Of a stretch of DNA of 64,000 bases, positions 12,230-23,823 are shown one piece after another. Below the pieces are notes generated by a model. That model made no database searches. It saw only the letters and a list, made by a program, of their open reading frames with translations, and was not told where the DNA came from. Position 1 is the stretch's first letter. Each line of letters opens with the position of its first letter. Origin of the DNA: Octopus bimaculoides. Its lineage: Eukaryota. The stretch is taken from assembly GCF_001194135.2 (NCBI RefSeq), contig NC_068990.1, positions 68,194,304 through 68,258,303 of the forward strand, read 5' to 3'. The position numbers were made by a program, and so were the translations under genes.

Positions 12230-13120
12230 GTCGATTTTTCAATAACAAAGACTCCCCAATGTTTGGTGCATGATCTCTTGTACGCTGACGAGTGTGCCTT
12301 TGTCATACACTATACTGGGATGCAAAACCTGATGGAAAGACTTTCACTCTGCTGCAAAGCCTTTGGCGTCACCACCAGCCTTGACAAAACTGTTGTAATA
12401 CACCACCAGCCTGTGCCTGGATTGCCATGCATAAAGCCAGCCATGGTGATGGCTACAAAATGAAGGTGGTTGATGAGTTTACATAACTGGGTAGCATTGT
12501 TAACCAATACTGTTCTTCAGATGATAAAAATCACTGCATGAATGTAAAAAGGCCATTAATGCTTTTGCTGCTTTGAAGGTCATGTCTGGTCCCAGAGAGC
12601 CTTGAAAAATAACACCAAGTTGACTGTCTACAACAACTGCATATTGACATGCCTATTATTTTCATGTGAAAAATGAATAGTGTACCACTGTCACCTAAAA
12701 GTACTTTAGCACTTCCATGAGCAGTATTTGAGACACATCCCGGGTATCCACCAAGGAACTCATACCCCTGACATAGATATTTTAGAAAGAGCCAATGCAG
12801 TGAGTATTGAGGCCCACATCCATTGTCGCTGTATGTTGTGCATCTTGATGACTGTAGAATTCTCAAGCAAATGTGGTATGGCAAACTGTCACAAGGCACT
12901 CATCCACAACATAAGCCAAGAAAGTGATTCAAGGACAACCTGAAAGGAATCACTTGATATCTGTGAGATTTCAGGACAGAAATGGAAAGACATAGTACAT
13001 GAGAGGAAAACCTGGAAGCAAAAAGTTTATGATGGAGTGGCAGGAAAGCCATTTAGCAATAAAACATTGCTTCGATAATATATTTGTTTCCCCATGTTAG
13101 CATGGGGGGAAACAACAAGA
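12230..13120 (+). mobile_element. RTE-clade non-LTR retrotransposon (LINE), decayed 3' part of the reverse transcriptase ORF
   Basis: DLLYADECAF (YADD-like), LSLCCKAFGVTTSLDKTVV, then across frameshifts VVDEFT*LGS, TKLTVY, LRHI..., PDIDILERANAVSIE; order and spacing match RTE/BovB-like RT C-termini. Confidence 0.9.
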
Positions 13121-14032
13121 GTAAAATCAAGCAGACAAATGGACAGACAGACAGGTAAATATGCAAAGCCCATATATAAGAATTTAATACTTATGTGAAT
13201 ATACATATGTATGAGTGAGAATTAACAAACCATTACTGACACACTTTGATATCTAAATCATTATTCTTCATTTTGTAAATACATCCCATGTAACCGACCA
13301 TGGCTTTTTAACCTCATTTGAATCAAAACTTTAATTTTCTATGTCTGTCTTGTCAGTATTCATTTCTAAAGATCAATTTACTGAAAAACTGAAAACAATC
13401 ATAAAATTATCTGAAAAAGGGCCAAGATAGTCTCTAAAGAAATACAAATAAAAAAACAAAAAACAATGTTTTTCTAGTCTTTTTTAAATAACTAAACTGA
13501 AGTTTTTCTTCCAAAGAGTATCAAATTCGTTTTTCATTATTTTCTCTTCCTGTTATAGACACACATACACAGTTATTTTATTGTAGAAACATGGAGTTTT
13601 TACAACAAAATAGATAAGACTTCATACATCAGAAATCAAACATTTCATCAATCTCATCACAATGTAAACATTGAATAATATTATTGTAATAAACATACAT
13701 AGACAGACAGACAGACACTGTTTTTCACAATGTACTGAAGTGATGGATAGTAAACAATTGAAACAAATGTATGTGACTCCTGAACAATATCAAATATGCT
13801 TCAAGTGGTATTATGTTTATATGGGATGGGAGAGAGAGAAGACAGTATGAAAGACTTAAAAACTGAAACATCTTTGCTTCTATTTTCGTATGTAAGTATA
13901 TATACAGCTGTTTTCAGTTTTATTTTTCTATACAACCAATCAGAGGATATGCTTTGAAAAATAGAATATTCTATACTATTTAGATTTACACCACTGATTT
14001 TGTCATTCCTATTGGTAAGTAGGTAACTGTAA

Positions 14033-14261
14033 GGCAGCGAGCTGGCAGAAACGTTAGCACGCCGGGCGAAATGCTTAGCGGTATTCCGCTCATCGCTACG
14101 TTCTGAGCTCAAATTCCGCCGAGGTCGACTTTGCCTTTCATCCTTTCGGGGTCGATACATTAAGTACCAGTTACGCACTGGAGTCAATGTAATCGACTTA
14201 CTCCCTTTGTCTGTCCTTGTTTGTCCCTTCTATGTGTAGCCCCTTGTGGGCAATAAAGAAA
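14033..14261 (+). mobile_element. SINE family B (tail variant 1), young full-length copy
   Basis: Perfect 17-bp TSD TAAGTAGGTAACTGTAA (14016-14032, 14262-14278); CpGs retained; central GACTTTGCCTTTCATCCTTTCGGGGTCGAT block resembles, from memory, the Meta-type SINE domain. Confidence 0.92.
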
Positions 14262-14543
14262 TAAGTAGGTAACTGTAAATAGACACAAGGCTTGAAATTT
14301 TGGAGGAGTGAGTTAGTATACTTGATCCTTAATTTTTATATGAAACCTAAAAGACAAAGTTGATTTTGGCAGGATTTGAACTCAGAACAAAGGGCTGGGA
14401 CAAACTGCAAAGAAATTACTTGGACATTACCATTTTTGCCCACAAGACAGATTATGAAAGCTACAATACATTACGCACAGTAAGGCTCAACTGAATACCT
14501 GCTCAAGAAGTCAGTACTCCAAAAGTTGAAACAAGCACATTCT

Positions 14544-14897
14544 TCTATCTTTTACTTGTTTCCGTCATTAGACTGCAGCCACAAAATGGAGCACCACTTT
14601 GAATTTTTAAGTCAAATGAATTGACCCCGGTGATTTTGTTTATTTCAAACCTGGTACATATTCTATCAGTCTCTTTTGCTGAACCACTAAGTTATGGGGA
14701 CATAAAGAAACCAACACCAGTTGTCAATTGGTGGTGAGGAACAAATACAGACACTCACTCACACTCACAAACACACAACTTAGGTGAGACCGAGGTTATA
14801 GTAGAAGACACTCGCTGAAGGTGCCACACAATGGAATTGAACCAGAAACCATGTGGTTTGGAAGCAAGCTTTTTACCACACAGTCATGCCTGTGCCT
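14544..14897 (-). mobile_element. SINE family A, diverged
   Basis: Reverse-complement tail, body and head of family A. Confidence 0.8.
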
Positions 14898-15064
14898 GTA
14901 TACATTGTATTATACAATATTACCATTATTGATGTGTTGCTGTAAAATTAGTAATTCCATAGGAAAGGTAACAATGTCCCAAATTCAGTTCTATATTTAA
15001 GAGATGAGGAATTACGTATATTATTTACAACTGACAGATATTTGTCCTCATCTTGTTTGTTGCT

Positions 15065-15110
15065 AACACTACGTTTCGGCTGATATACCCTCCAGCCTTC
15101 ATCAGGTGTC
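15065..15110 (-). ncRNA. Minimal type I hammerhead ribozyme (GUA cleavage triplet)
   Basis: Minus strand: GACAC-CUGAUGA-A-GGCUG(gaggguauau)CAGCC-GAAAC-GUA-GUGUU; conserved core, 5-bp stem I, 5-bp stem II, loopless palindromic ACGU stem III. Confidence 0.8.
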
Positions 15111-15333
15111 TTGGGGAAATTTCAAACCTGGGTTCTCATTCCTAAGGTATTTTTCAATGTTACTATCATTATTATTATTATTATTATTCAGGTCACTGCT
15201 TGGAATGGAACTCAGAATCTTTGAGTTAGTAGCCTGTGCTCTTAACCACTACACCCACAGGCATATGGTGAAGTGGTTAAGAGCACAGGCTACTAACTCT
15301 AAGATTCCAAGCTCCATTCCAGGCAGTAACCTG

Positions 15334-15400
<67 letters not shown>

Positions 15401-15447
15401 TTGAAAAATGCCTTAGGAATGAGAACCCAGGTTTGGAATTTCCCCAA

Positions 15448-15493
15448 GACACCTGATGAAGGCTGGAGGGTATATCAGCCGAAACGTTGTGTT
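15448..15493 (+). ncRNA. Minimal type I hammerhead ribozyme (GUU cleavage triplet)
   Basis: GACAC-CUGAUGA-A-GGCUG(gaggguauau)CAGCC-GAAAC-GUU-GUGUU; predicted cut after 15488. Confidence 0.8.
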
Positions 15494-15689
15494 AACAACA
15501 AACAAGATGAGGACAAATATCTGTCAAATGTAAATAATTAAAAAATGCCCCAAATTCCCAAATTTTCTCATTCTGATTTCATGTAAAGTTTCCTGTAGCC
15601 TAAAATACCATAAAATTTCACAATATATTTTTCCTCTACCATGGCAAAGGGGTTACTTAGTTCCAAAAAGCAGTGATAAATGAATCATC

Positions 15690-15857
15690 GCCATGCACTT
15701 TGTAAAAGGAATTCATGGTAGATTCATTGACACAAAACTCTTAGCTCACAGAAGTGAAGATTCTACCATCACATATTTTCTTGATCATTTCTACCTTGAT
15801 ACACTCATCTGTATAATTTGTAGAATCAAACACCTTTGTAATTTTTTTTCTGTTCAT
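15690..15857 (-). mobile_element. Possible pogo/Tigger-like transposase N-terminal HTH remnant
   Basis: Minus frame reads IKVEMIKKICDGRIFTSVS*EFCVNESTMNSFYK, resembling the CENP-B/psq HTH pattern KxEIIxxLxxGxxxxxxAxEYGVxESTI; one stop, no TIR found. Confidence 0.4.
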
Positions 15858-15879
15858 TGGTCCCATGCTCATATGTACA

Positions 15880-16247
15880 GTGGAGGCGCAATGGCCTAGT
15901 GGTTAGGGCAGCGGACTCGCGGTTTCAATTCCCAGACCGGGCGTTGTGAGTGTTTATTGAGCGGAAACACCTAAAGCTCTACGAGGCTCTGGCAGGGGAT
16001 GGTGGCAAACCCTGCTGTACTCTTCGACCACAACTTTCTCTCACTTCCTGTTTCTGTTGTGCCTGTAATTCAAAGGGTCAGCCTTGTCACACTGTGTCAC
16101 GCTGAATATCCCCAAGAACTACGTTAAGGGTACACGTGTCTGTGGAGTGCTCAGCCACTTGCACGTTAATTTCACGAGCAGGCTGTTCCGTTGATTGGAT
16201 CAACTGGAACCCTTGACGTCGTAAGCGATGGAGTGCCAACAACAAAA
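15880..16247 (+). mobile_element. tRNA-derived SINE, family C, full length
   Basis: Perfect 10-bp TSD CATATGTACA (15870-15879, 16248-16257); colinear with 4133-4521 apart from small deletions. Confidence 0.92.
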
Positions 16248-16880
16248 CATATGTACAACTATATAAAAAAAATACACAGCTTGACAGTGCAATCATATGA
16301 ACAGCGGTGACAGTCAGTGCATTCTGGGTAACTGAGCAGAGTGGGTGGTCAGTGGGAAGCATTTTTATGGTAGAAACAGAATCTTTGACTGATCGTCAAC
16401 CTGGGTTATCACACATCAATCTGTGGCAGGTGCAACATGATTCACAACTGAGCATACCATATCATCCTGGTTCAGCATTGAAGGCATCAGTGATGAACAA
16501 GACTACATGTATATGCACTCATCTACTGAGGAAGTGAGGGCTGAGATTCATACTTTCCCAAAAAACTCAATATTATATAAATTGTACATCATACTGAATA
16601 TTTTTAAAAATATGTATATATATATATTCTCTCTGTATTTCTTTCTTAGTTAGTCATTTCTTTTCTCTATAATTTTACCCTTATATCAATACTGCATTCA
16701 CACAAAATTTACAATTCACAATATATATTTAGCTAACCCACACTCTAACCAATCAAAACTTTGTTTTTTTCCCATCATTTTCTCCTTTGTGCCTTCTTCC
16801 AATCAACCTCAATACCATTCATACAACTTTGTAATTTCAATATACATATGTGTGCGTGTGTGTGATATGTATATGCATCT

Positions 16881-16946
<66 letters not shown>

Positions 16947-17859
16947 CTACTTTCTCCTGAAAATTATGGCATTAAATATCTAATACTTTATGAATTCCAT
17001 AGATACATAAAATAAACTTACTTTTATGAAGGAGGATAATAGGAATCAAGCAGATTTGTAAAATAAAATAAAACAATTTTAAATAAAATCAAATCTAATA
17101 AAATAAAATAAATATTTTAGCAAATACAAAAAGTGAAAATTTAACAAATGAAATTCAGAATCTTTTTTCCCCTCATTCTTTATTCAATGTGAGAAATAGA
17201 AAATTACAAAATGCACCAACTATTTGTTATTCCTATTTTTTGTTCTTTTACTTTATTTACTTATTTATTTATTTATTCAGCTTGAAAGAACCATTTTAGC
17301 AATAAGCAATATTGAGACTTTAAATGACTTTATCAAAATTTTATTACAGCCATTTTGATTTGTCTGGTGATTGTGACTTAAGTTAATCCTTTTCACCAGG
17401 CTACAATGGTTCATAGAACTGGCTGCTACTTAACACTGGCTTTTGCTGAAGCATGAAATAGAAGAAAAGACAAATGACCTCTCCCATCCTTGGATAAGAT
17501 ACTATTATACCACTGATTAACAGTCTATATGTGTTTGTGTTTATCTGTTTGTCTGTGTGGACACTATGTTTATATCTGTTTGTCTGTATATAGATAAGGC
17601 TTTCAGCAAACTACAATGGCTGAGTGAATTAATGTTGGTTTATATAGATAAAATGATAGTCTATCTGAAGTCAATTTCCACTAACAGTTGAAGCTAGTAC
17701 ATAGTAACCAAGATGTAATGAGACAATTATTATCAAATGTTTAACCCAATATAAGAAAACTGTACAACACTACCCAATCTAGAGACAGATGTGAAACCCT
17801 GAGAATACAATCTCACATAGTGATGAGGGTGAGAATGATTGAAATTGTATTACATATGT

Positions 17860-18110
17860 CATACAGGCACAGGTATGGCATCTTAAGTGTCTTGTACTAT
17901 AGCCCTGGATCGATCTAAATTTGAGTGGTAGATGGAAACTGAAAGAAATTTGTTGCATGTGTGTGGCAGTGTTAGAAAGGGCATTCAGCCTTGAAAACCA
18001 TACCAAAACAGACAGTGAAGCCTAGTGCTGTCTTCTGCCAGCTCCTGTCAAACCGTCCATTCCATGCCAGCATGGAAAACAGATATTAAATGATGATGAT
18101 GATGATGATG
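17860..18110 (+). mobile_element. Composite SINE: family A head/core joined to family E tail
   Basis: GTAGATGGAAACTGAAAGAA (A) followed by CCGTCCATTCCATGCCAGCATGGAAAACAGATATTAAATGATGATG (E). Confidence 0.65.
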
Positions 18111-18112
18111 TA

Positions 18113-18590
18113 CATGTATGTATGCCATTATTCAGTTTATTTCAAGATTTCATGACAACAGAGAATGAGCCACTTTCTAACCTACATCCAAGGCTCCTTC
18201 ATTGGAATTTCAACAAACATCATCAAGGTATTTTTGTTTGTGTGTATATGTGCAGATTTGTATGTATTATCATACATATAGTTTCATATCTAGACATGTT
18301 CATATATACTTGAATGATAAACTTCTGGAAAGTCTTACCGGTGATGGCTTGGATCTGTAGCCTTCAAATCAGCTTTCTCTTTTCTTGTTTTGAGAAGCCT
18401 AATTTTTCGAGATTGGTATTTAGGCAGTGTGTTACATATCCTAGTGCCCCAATAATTACAGGTATAAACCTGAACTTGTAATTTAGATAGAATAGCAGTA
18501 GATTCCTCAATAGTTCAGTGTAAGTATTTTCTTTTTCACTGATCTTTAGTTTTATGTTAACATCTGCTGGACAGATGATTTTCATCTGCA
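18113..18590 (-). mobile_element. RLE-type (R4/Dong/NeSL-like) non-LTR retrotransposon, 3' end
   Basis: CPADVNIKLKISEKENTYTELLRNL...FIPVIIGALGYV...LEKLGF...LQIQAITG matches the restriction-like endonuclease C-terminus (PxDxNIxxKExEKxxKY, IPxxIGALG, LQxxAxxGT); ends in an (ATAC)n-like tail. Confidence 0.85.
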
Positions 18591-18819
18591 GAAACCAGAC
18601 TGGAGTCTTGTGCAGCTCCTCTGTTTACCAGCTTTAGTCAAACCGTGAAACCCATGGTAGCATAGACAACGGACATTAAATGATGATGATGATGATCCCA
18701 AATTACTATTATGTTTACATTTTGGGGTTTTCACTGGAACATTCTATCAGTATTCCTTTTTATTAGGAGTGTGTGTATGTATATTTGTGCGTGAATTGGA
18801 GCAATGTGAAATAAAGAGA

Positions 18820-18912
18820 CTTACTCAATAACACAACACACAGCCCAGTCTGGGAATTAAACTACCTCATGATTGTGAGCCCAGCACTCTAACCACTGAG
18901 CCATGTGCTTTC
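18820..18912 (-). mobile_element. SINE family D head fragment
   Basis: Reverse complement reads CACATGGCTCAGTGGTTAGAGTGCTGGGCTCACAATCATGAGG. Confidence 0.7.
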
Positions 18913-20699
18913 ACAGGTGAAAGTATATAATAGTCAAGAGAGAAAATTGCCTGTCAGTTAAGCATCAAATAGAATTCGTTCATTTGTCTGTTTTACCCCA
19001 TCTGTTGTTGCATGCTAGTATGGATTAGATACATTTATCCATATTATTGGTTTCAGTTTTGGCACTAGGCCATCAATTCTAGGGGAGGGGATAAGTCATT
19101 TACATTGCCCCCATTGTTCAAATGTTACTTATCTTATTGACTCTGAAAGGATGAAAGGCAACTCAATCTCAGTGGAATTTGAATTCAAAACATAAAGATG
19201 GACAAATACATACATATTATTGAAGTATTGTTTTACAGCTGAATGCCCTTCCTGTTGCTAATCCTTACCTGTTTCATATAAGTAAAGGATTCCTTATTCC
19301 ACTCATCTTGAAAAGTGTATAGCTAGACAATGCTTTATTTTCTACAAGGAATCTCAACTAACACTGTCATTTTTAGTTCAAGGACTGTAAAATATTCATA
19401 TACACACACACACACACAACATGGTAATTACACTTCCCAACCATGTGGCTTTGGGGTTCAGTCCCACTACATGACACCTTGGGCAAATGTCTTCTATTAT
19501 AGCTCTGGACAAACCAAAAAATTCTGAATGGATTTGTAGATGGAGACTGAAGGGACGTGTCGCATGGCTTTCCTCATGATCATTGCTTTGTAAACAATAG
19601 CTTTCTGCCAGTGACATCAGCTTGCAGTCCAACAAAAGATGATATCTGGTCTTCCTGGCATGTCTTAATATGTTGTGTGATGTTTGAAAACAAAAGGCTC
19701 CTTCATAAAGTGTTGGTTGTTTCCAGTTCCCCAACATAAAAAAAAATGTCCATGTTATTTGTTGATAAGATTGAGAGATTATTACCTCACTTGGAAACAA
19801 ATGGAGTTGATAAGAGGAAGGGCATCTGGCTGTAGAAAAACTTTAATGTACTCTTGTCTGACTCATGGAATGCATGGAAAAAGTAGACATTAAAAAGGAA
19901 GGAAGAGAAACAAACAAACATGCAAGGAAGAAAAAGAGAGAAAGAAAGAAGAACAAGAAAGGGGAAGAAAGAAGGAAGAAAGCTTGATTTTCTCATAAGA
20001 AAGTAACATCTTGAATCAAATTTCGACAAAAAAACTAGGTTCCTTTAATATATTAGAGATACTTCACTAAGATCGTGGTTATTATATATGTATTAGTTCA
20101 ACTATTTATCTTATTATTTTGTGCATGCTTATTATTATCAATTGCTTTATGTATTTCTTCACCAGGCAAAATGAAAGAAGAAATAAGCAAAAAAGTAATA
20201 TTACTAGTGGAAACAATTTTGATCAAATATTTTCATTTATTCTCAGCCTAGCATTAGCACAAGTCAGTCAATGTTCTTCAACAGATGCATCTCAAACTTT
20301 GAAGGTTGGTAGAAACTTAATCCCATGTGTACACATAGCTACACACACACACAATCAGAAGAAAACCAAACAAATTTTACAGAACATACATCTGTCTCTT
20401 TTTTTTTTTTTTACTTTAAGTGAATACAGATCAATAGTCAAACTGTATAACAACAAAATGAACTAACCATGATCCTTACAAAATTTTATGACAAAATGCA
20501 GAAGAAGCAAATGAAATTGGGGTCAAGTGTATACATCTGTACATGTACATGTTTATATGTATGTATACATGTACTCATGAATGTATACAAGTATATATGC
20601 TAATAAATCTTGCATGTATTCTTTTCCTAATTTTGGCGTTGATTTAACCATGTTACAAATATACATTTGTATGTAGTTTATAGTATGAATGTTTAGAAA

Positions 20700-20823
20700 T
20701 ATATAATGTATATATATATATATATAAGGTATTATATATATACATATATAATGTATTATATATATACATATATAATGTATTATATATATATATATAATGT
20801 ATTATATATATACATATATAATG

Positions 20824-20858
<35 letters not shown>

Positions 20859-20964
20859 GTATTATNNNNNNNNNNNNNNNNNNNNNNNNNNNNNNNNNNN
20901 NNNNNNNNNNNNNNNNNNNNNNNNNNNNNNNNNNNNNNNNNNNNNNNNNNNNNNNNNNNNNNNN

Positions 20965-20995
<31 letters not shown>

Positions 20996-21090
20996 TGCAT
21001 ATTACAGATATATAATGTATTTTAAATATATATAAAATGTATTACATATATATATAATGTATTATATATGTATAATATATTATATATATA
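20700..21090. repeat. AT-rich minisatellite, unit about 24 bp (ATAATGTATTATATATATACATAT-like), spanning a gap
   Basis: ATAATGTATTA recurs at least 7 times on both sides of the N-run. Confidence 0.85.
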
Positions 21091-22544
21091 TAATATTTGA
21101 GTGTGAGTGTGTATGAAACAACACACACCTGCACATACAAAACTTATCCTCGGACATAAATAGTAAATAGTTCCTTCCTTTGCAACAGAGCTAGACTAAT
21201 ATTTTATGAAATAATATTAATGGTTTCAGACTGTAAGAAGCTTTTTTTTTAGAAAAACCTGAAATAAAAGTATTTCGATTGATAACAGTCAAACGTTAAC
21301 AGTTGTTTTTTATTGCAACCCTTATTATTATTATTATTGCTATTACAGTTGATGGTTGTGATACTGTTGGATGTATTTTAAATGTATGCTCTTCAAACTT
21401 TGTCTATGTAACGGAAGTTTAAGTAAAAAGAAATAAAATATGAGCAAAAATGATGGCTGACTTTAAAAGAATTATATAATTCGTATGTGTGTATATATAT
21501 ATATATATATAATTCACATATAGATATATTTATCTATTTACTTATTCATCTTTTTCTTGATCATGTCCCTTGATCAGAAATAGTCTGATATTTCAGTTAC
21601 TGAAGGCTAAATTATTTTAAATAAAAGTGTTTTTCATCCTTTAAAAAATTTTTTTTTATTCCCATTATAATCTCATATCATTTTTTACTAAGAAACTCAC
21701 TGAATATTTTACATTATTGAAAACTAAATTCTAAGAATTTGGGCTGATCAGATTTTTTTTTTCCTAACAATATGATTCTTCACCAAAGAATTATTAAGTA
21801 TCCTTTATTTTAAGTAAAAGGAAATTTAAATAAATTCATTTTATCAATATATATTTCTGTCATTTATTTATTTTTCTGAGAATATTGTCACAAATCAAAT
21901 ATATGACCGATGAGAAGGGTGGCATTTTTTAAAAGTATTTTCAAAAGTCCAATGTTCACTACTATGCATTTCTGTAATGTAATGACTAGTCAGCTCATTT
22001 CATGAAGGTTTTGTAGTTCCTATAGTACATGTTTTCGTCAGAAACTAATAATTGAGTAAGGAAATTATCTTGGTGTAAATTTTTTCTTATGACATTGTCA
22101 GAAATACAATATATTTGGATTATAACATGAGAAACACCATATCTTAGTGTTGATAGCTATATTGTAGACAAAGATAAAAATCTGAAAATAAAATGTCATC
22201 AGATATGTTGAATTGTCAGGAAGTTACATTCTCACAGGAATTTTTTGCTATTTTTGATGTTATAATTCATATTTCACAGAACATTGTCAACAAAAATTAA
22301 CTCATACATCCACACAAAAGTTTGTTTTTTCATATTCAATATATCAATATGCCACATCAGAGAGCAATATATTTACCAAAAACAGAAAAAATATGAGAAT
22401 TTTGATGCCAATAAAAAAACTGAAATGAAATATTGACCTAATGCTATGAACAGATGAGTGCATTACCAATAGAAGTAGATATGCCAACACACATATATAT
22501 ATATAGGCTCAAGAGATAGATCAAACTTTAATTACAGTAAAGGG

Positions 22545-23125
22545 ATAAATCTCACAGGATTTCATTGTTGATTTAATTACACTGTTATGAACTTGCTACT
22601 TGAAAATTATATTTCTTTATAAAGCAGTAATGAATGTCTCTCTCTTTCTCTTTCTCTGCTGCATAGAAACATGCATTTGTACTTATACATTCATATACAC
22701 ATCCCAGAGTACTGAACTATTTGAGGGCTCCATGTTGACCAAATAATATAGTGCGATGAACTCAATAAGATGTGTGTGTAGTTTGGGTCAACAAATCTCA
22801 CAGAATTTGGTTGCTGATTTAATTACACTATGTTACAAACTTGCTACCTTAGAGCTAATTCCTTTTATCTATGTTTTATAAATTTATGATCGGAATATGT
22901 ATGCCTATCTGTCTCTTTATCAATCAGTTTCTCTTTTTTCTCCTTCACAGAAACATATATTTGTAGTTATACATTCACATATGCTTATCAGGGTACATTG
23001 CTTGTGTAAGGAAAACATGAATTCTGACAAGTATGTATATATAGTGTTTATCTTTCTACTTTCCAGTTTATCAGTTGCTGTAGCTGTTCCCAGGGTACTA
23101 AATTATCTGAGGAGCCAACAGTCCA
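22545..23125 (+). repeat. Diverged local tandem duplication (two units)
   Basis: Three colinear blocks shared: AAATCTCACAG...GATTTAATTACACT...AACTTGCTAC, AGAAACAT...TTATACATTCA and CCCAG.GTACT.AA.TAT.TGAGG. Confidence 0.75.
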
Positions 23126-23282
23126 CATTCTGTTATTGCTTTACTGCAGTGCATCTTCAGCTAAAGCTCCTAACTCTCTGTTACAATCTATCTACAATTA
23201 GACATCAAAAGCTGGAACTAGAATGAATTTGTAACCACAATATCACCAGAAAGATAAACACCAATCACACTTAATACAATTT

Positions 23283-23395
23283 ACTGAAAAGTTCCTGGCT
23301 TTGGATAAAAGAAAACACAGGAGTATCAGTTAATTATAATTTTATTCAATATATTCCCCTTTCAGATTCACACATTTATTGCAGAGGTAATTGTA
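23283..23395 (-). mobile_element. mariner-derived MITE, right end
   Basis: TIR CTGAAAAGTTCCTGGCTTT plus TGCAATAAATGTGTGAATCTGAAAGGGGAA on the minus strand; homologous to 23824-24013. Confidence 0.75.
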
Positions 23396-23823
23396 GAATC
23401 GTTAGTGATTCTTTAGCTCATATTGCTGAGTTCCACTCCATCTGTAAGTTTAGCAAAAAGAAGATGGACTCCATTAAACCAACTTGTCCTAGATTTACTG
23501 TATGGCAAAAACATTTTCAACAGGGCCATCGTAACTCAATGCCTTATTTTTATCTCTCAACTTCCACTTCATTGTTGTGAGGGTCTCAGCTTCCTAACCA
23601 CCATCTCTTGGTCATAATCATTTTTAAAAATATCCCCAGGGCCCATAAATCTTAGATATATTGGTATTTGTATAGCATTAAAAAGATAGATGGCCTTGTG
23701 TGTAACTGAGATTATATATGTAGAGTGAAGTCATGGCTTGTAAGAATTACATGATTAAGTATGGTTCATCTGCTTGTATGCTAGCTACACTACTGCAAAT
23801 TGTTTGCATCAAGAATACACAAA

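Larger units (their letters stand above)
14987..15543. mobile_element. Head-to-head inverted dimer of a tRNA-headed retroelement with Penelope-like, hammerhead-bearing 3' ends
   Basis: Arms 15020-15258 and about 15266-15538 are reverse complements with about a dozen substitutions plus a microsatellite difference; A-box-like TGGTGAAGTGG and degenerate B-box near the centre; 14-bp TSD AATGTCCCAAATTC/AATGCCCCAAATTC (14973-14986, 15544-15557). Confidence 0.9.

Noticed and set aside
13801-14187. 128-aa minus ORF and similar SINE-spanning ORFs (15106-15456, 37268-37584, 52772-53026, 56860-57057)
   Set aside because: They read through SINE or palindrome sequence; recurring peptides reflect repeat homology, not genes.
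4133-15340. tRNA-like sequences with A and B boxes (SINE C and D heads, palindrome centre)
   Set aside because: They lack a complete cloverleaf and acceptor stem and continue into repeat bodies, so they are SINE heads, not tRNA genes.
19260-19275. AG|GTAAG-like junctions at about 19265 (-) and 42505 (+), and a strong donor at about 32833 (-)
   Set aside because: All lie within interspersed repeats and lack a branch point plus polypyrimidine tract, unlike the 25.8-kb site.
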